Made by a program: the position numbers and the translations under genes. This document shows, one piece after another, positions 61,783 through 64,000 of a stretch of DNA of 64,000 bases. This DNA comes from Squalus acanthias (lineage: Eukaryota): assembly GCA_030390025.1 (NCBI GenBank), contig CM059431.1:129644001-129708000 (forward strand). The letters are read 5' to 3'. How positions within the stretch are numbered: position 1 is the stretch's first letter; the number at the start of each line of letters is the position of its first letter. The notes beneath the pieces were generated by a model that was not told the DNA's origin, ran no database searches, and saw nothing but the letters and a program-made list of their open reading frames with translations.

Positions 61783-63870
61783 AAACATCCTCCCTGCAGC
61801 CAGTCTGTCTAGCCCTGTCAGAATTTTATACGTTTCAATGAGATCCCCTCTTATTCTTCTAAACTCTAGTGAATACAGGCCTAGTCGACCCAATCTTTCC
61901 TCATACGACAGTCCTGCCATCCCAGGAATCAGTCTGGTGAACCTTCGCTGCACTCCCTCTATGGCAAGTATATCCTTTCTTAGGTAAGGAGACCAAAACT
62001 GCACACAGTACTCCAGGTGTGGTCTCACCAAGGCCCTGTATAACTGTAGTAAGACATTCTTGCTCCTGTACTTAAATCCTCTTGCAATGAAGGCGAACAT
62101 ACCATTGGCCTTCCTAACTGCTTGCTGCACCTGCATGTTTGCTTTCAGTGACTGGTGTACAAGGACACCCAGGTCCCTTTGTACATCAACATTTCCCAAT
62201 CTATCACCATTTAAGTAATACTTTGCCTTTCTGTTTTTCCTACCGAAGTGAATAACTTCACATTTATCCACGTTATTCTGCATCTGCCATGTATTTGCCC
62301 ACTCACTCAACTTGTCTAAATCACCTTGAAGCCTCATTGCATCCTCCTCACAAATCACAATCCCACCTAGTTTTGTGTCATCAGAAAACTTGGAAATATT
62401 ACATTTGGTTCCCTCATCCAAATCATTGATATATATTGTGAATAGCTGGGGCCCAAGCACTGATCCCTGCGGTACCCCACTAGTGACTGCCTGCCACCCC
62501 GAAAAAAGACCCATTAATTCCTACTCTCTGTTTCCTGTCTGTTAACCAATTTTCAATCCATACCAGTATATTACCCCCAATCCCATGTGCTTTAATTTTG
62601 CACACTAACCTCTTATGTGGGACTTTATCAAAGGCCTTCTGAAAATCCAAATACACCGCATCCACTAGGTTCTCCCTTATCTATTCTACCAGTTACATCC
62701 TCAAAAAACTCCAGTCGGTTTGTCAAACACGATTTCCCTTTCATAAATCCATGTTGACTTTGTTTAATCCCATTGATATTTTCTAAGTGTCCTGTTATCA
62801 CATCCTTTATAATAGACACTAGCATTTTCCCTACTACTGATGTTAGGCTAACCGGTCTATAGTTCCCTGTTTTCTCTTTCCCTCCTTTTTTAAATAGTGG
62901 GGTTACATTTGCCACCCTCCAATCTGCAGGAACTGTTCCATAATCTATAGAATTTTGGAAGATGACAACCAATGCATCCACTATTTCCATGGCTACCTCT
63001 TTTAGTACTCTGGGATGCAGATTATCAGGCCCTGGGGATTTATCGGCTTTCAGTCCCATTAATTTCTCCAGCACTATTTTTTTACTAATACTAATTTCCT
63101 TTAATTCCTCCTTCTCACTGGACCCTTGGTTCCCTAGCATTTCTGGGAAGTTATTTGTGTCCTCTTCCATGAAGGCAGAACCAAAGTATTTGTTTAATTG
63201 CCAAGCCATTTCCTTGTTCCCCATTATAAATTTTCCCGTTTCTGACTGTAAGGGACTTACATTTGTCTTCACTACTCTTTTTCTTTTTACGTACTTGTAG
63301 AAGCTTTTACAGTCCACTTTTATGTTCCTTGCAAGTTTACTCTCATAATCTATTTTTCCCATCTTAATCAATTGCTTGGTCCTTTTTTGCTGAACTCTAA
63401 ACTGCTCCCAAACCTTAGGCTTGCTACTTTTTCTGGCAACTTTATATGACGCTTCTTTGGATCTAATACCATCCTTAATTTCTTTTGTTAGCCATGGTTG
63501 GGCCGCTTTTCCTTTTGTGTTTTTGCGCCAGAAAGGAATGTATAACTGTTGCAATTCATGCATTCGTTCCTTAAATGTTAGCCATTGCCTATCCACCATC
63601 ATGCCTTTTAATTAAGCTCCCCAATCTATCATAGCCAACTCACTCCTCATACCTTCGTAGTTTCCTTTGTTTAGATTTAGGACCCTAGTTTCGGATTGGA
63701 CTTCTTCGCTTTCCATCTTAATGAAGAATTCTATCATGTTATGGTCACTCTTCCCTAAAGGACCCTGCACAACAAGATTATTAATTAACCCCTTCTCATT
63801 GCATAATACCCAAACTAGGATAGCCTGTTCCCTAGTTGGCTCCTCAATGTACTGGTCTAAAAAACCATCT
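61783..63870 (-). mobile_element. CR1 LINE ORF2 fragment
   Basis: KSPGPD, NYRPVSLTS, GVPQGSVLGP, FSDD; frameshifts, truncated at both ends. Confidence 0.93.
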
Positions 63871-64000
63871 CATACACACAAAAAAACCATCTCATACACA
63901 CCTACGAGATGTTAATCCCCCTACCCCCAACAATCACAATGAAATAAGCTTTCTCAACTCAGACTTTAAGTTACTGCATAGCATTATGGTTTTGTAATGT

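Overview
Eukaryotic, repeat-saturated genomic DNA, most likely from a cartilaginous fish (inferred from HE1-like V-SINE and SacSINE1-like Deu-SINE copies). No host protein-coding gene could be supported. The window is a deeply nested stack of transposable elements. It holds eight PIF/Harbinger DNA transposon copies or remnants (layout: a three-exon Myb/SANT gene convergent with a HARBI1-like DDE transposase); one transposase ORF, 22597-23757, is intact. It also holds several Harbinger MITEs with 3-bp TSDs, a young 4.4-kb Gypsy LTR element, and a retrovirus-like provirus with two RNase H-like domains and a tRNA-Arg PBS. The rest is L2, CR1 and other LINEs, two Penelope fragments carrying hammerhead ribozymes, SINEs and a pogo/Tigger remnant. 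Highlights: (1) the Gypsy element has no tRNA PBS but an 11-nt PBS-LTR complementarity suggesting self-priming; (2) a lokiretrovirus/spuma-related provirus whose LTR has a PPT-like tract on one side and a PBS on the other; (3) two Harbinger copies expanded to about 10.8 and 19.5 kb by nested insertions while keeping their TIRs and TSDs; (4) an inward-facing TTAAAGGG motif and a C-terminal (R/H)(R/K)SxR motif shared across divergent Harbinger families. All alignments were done by eye.
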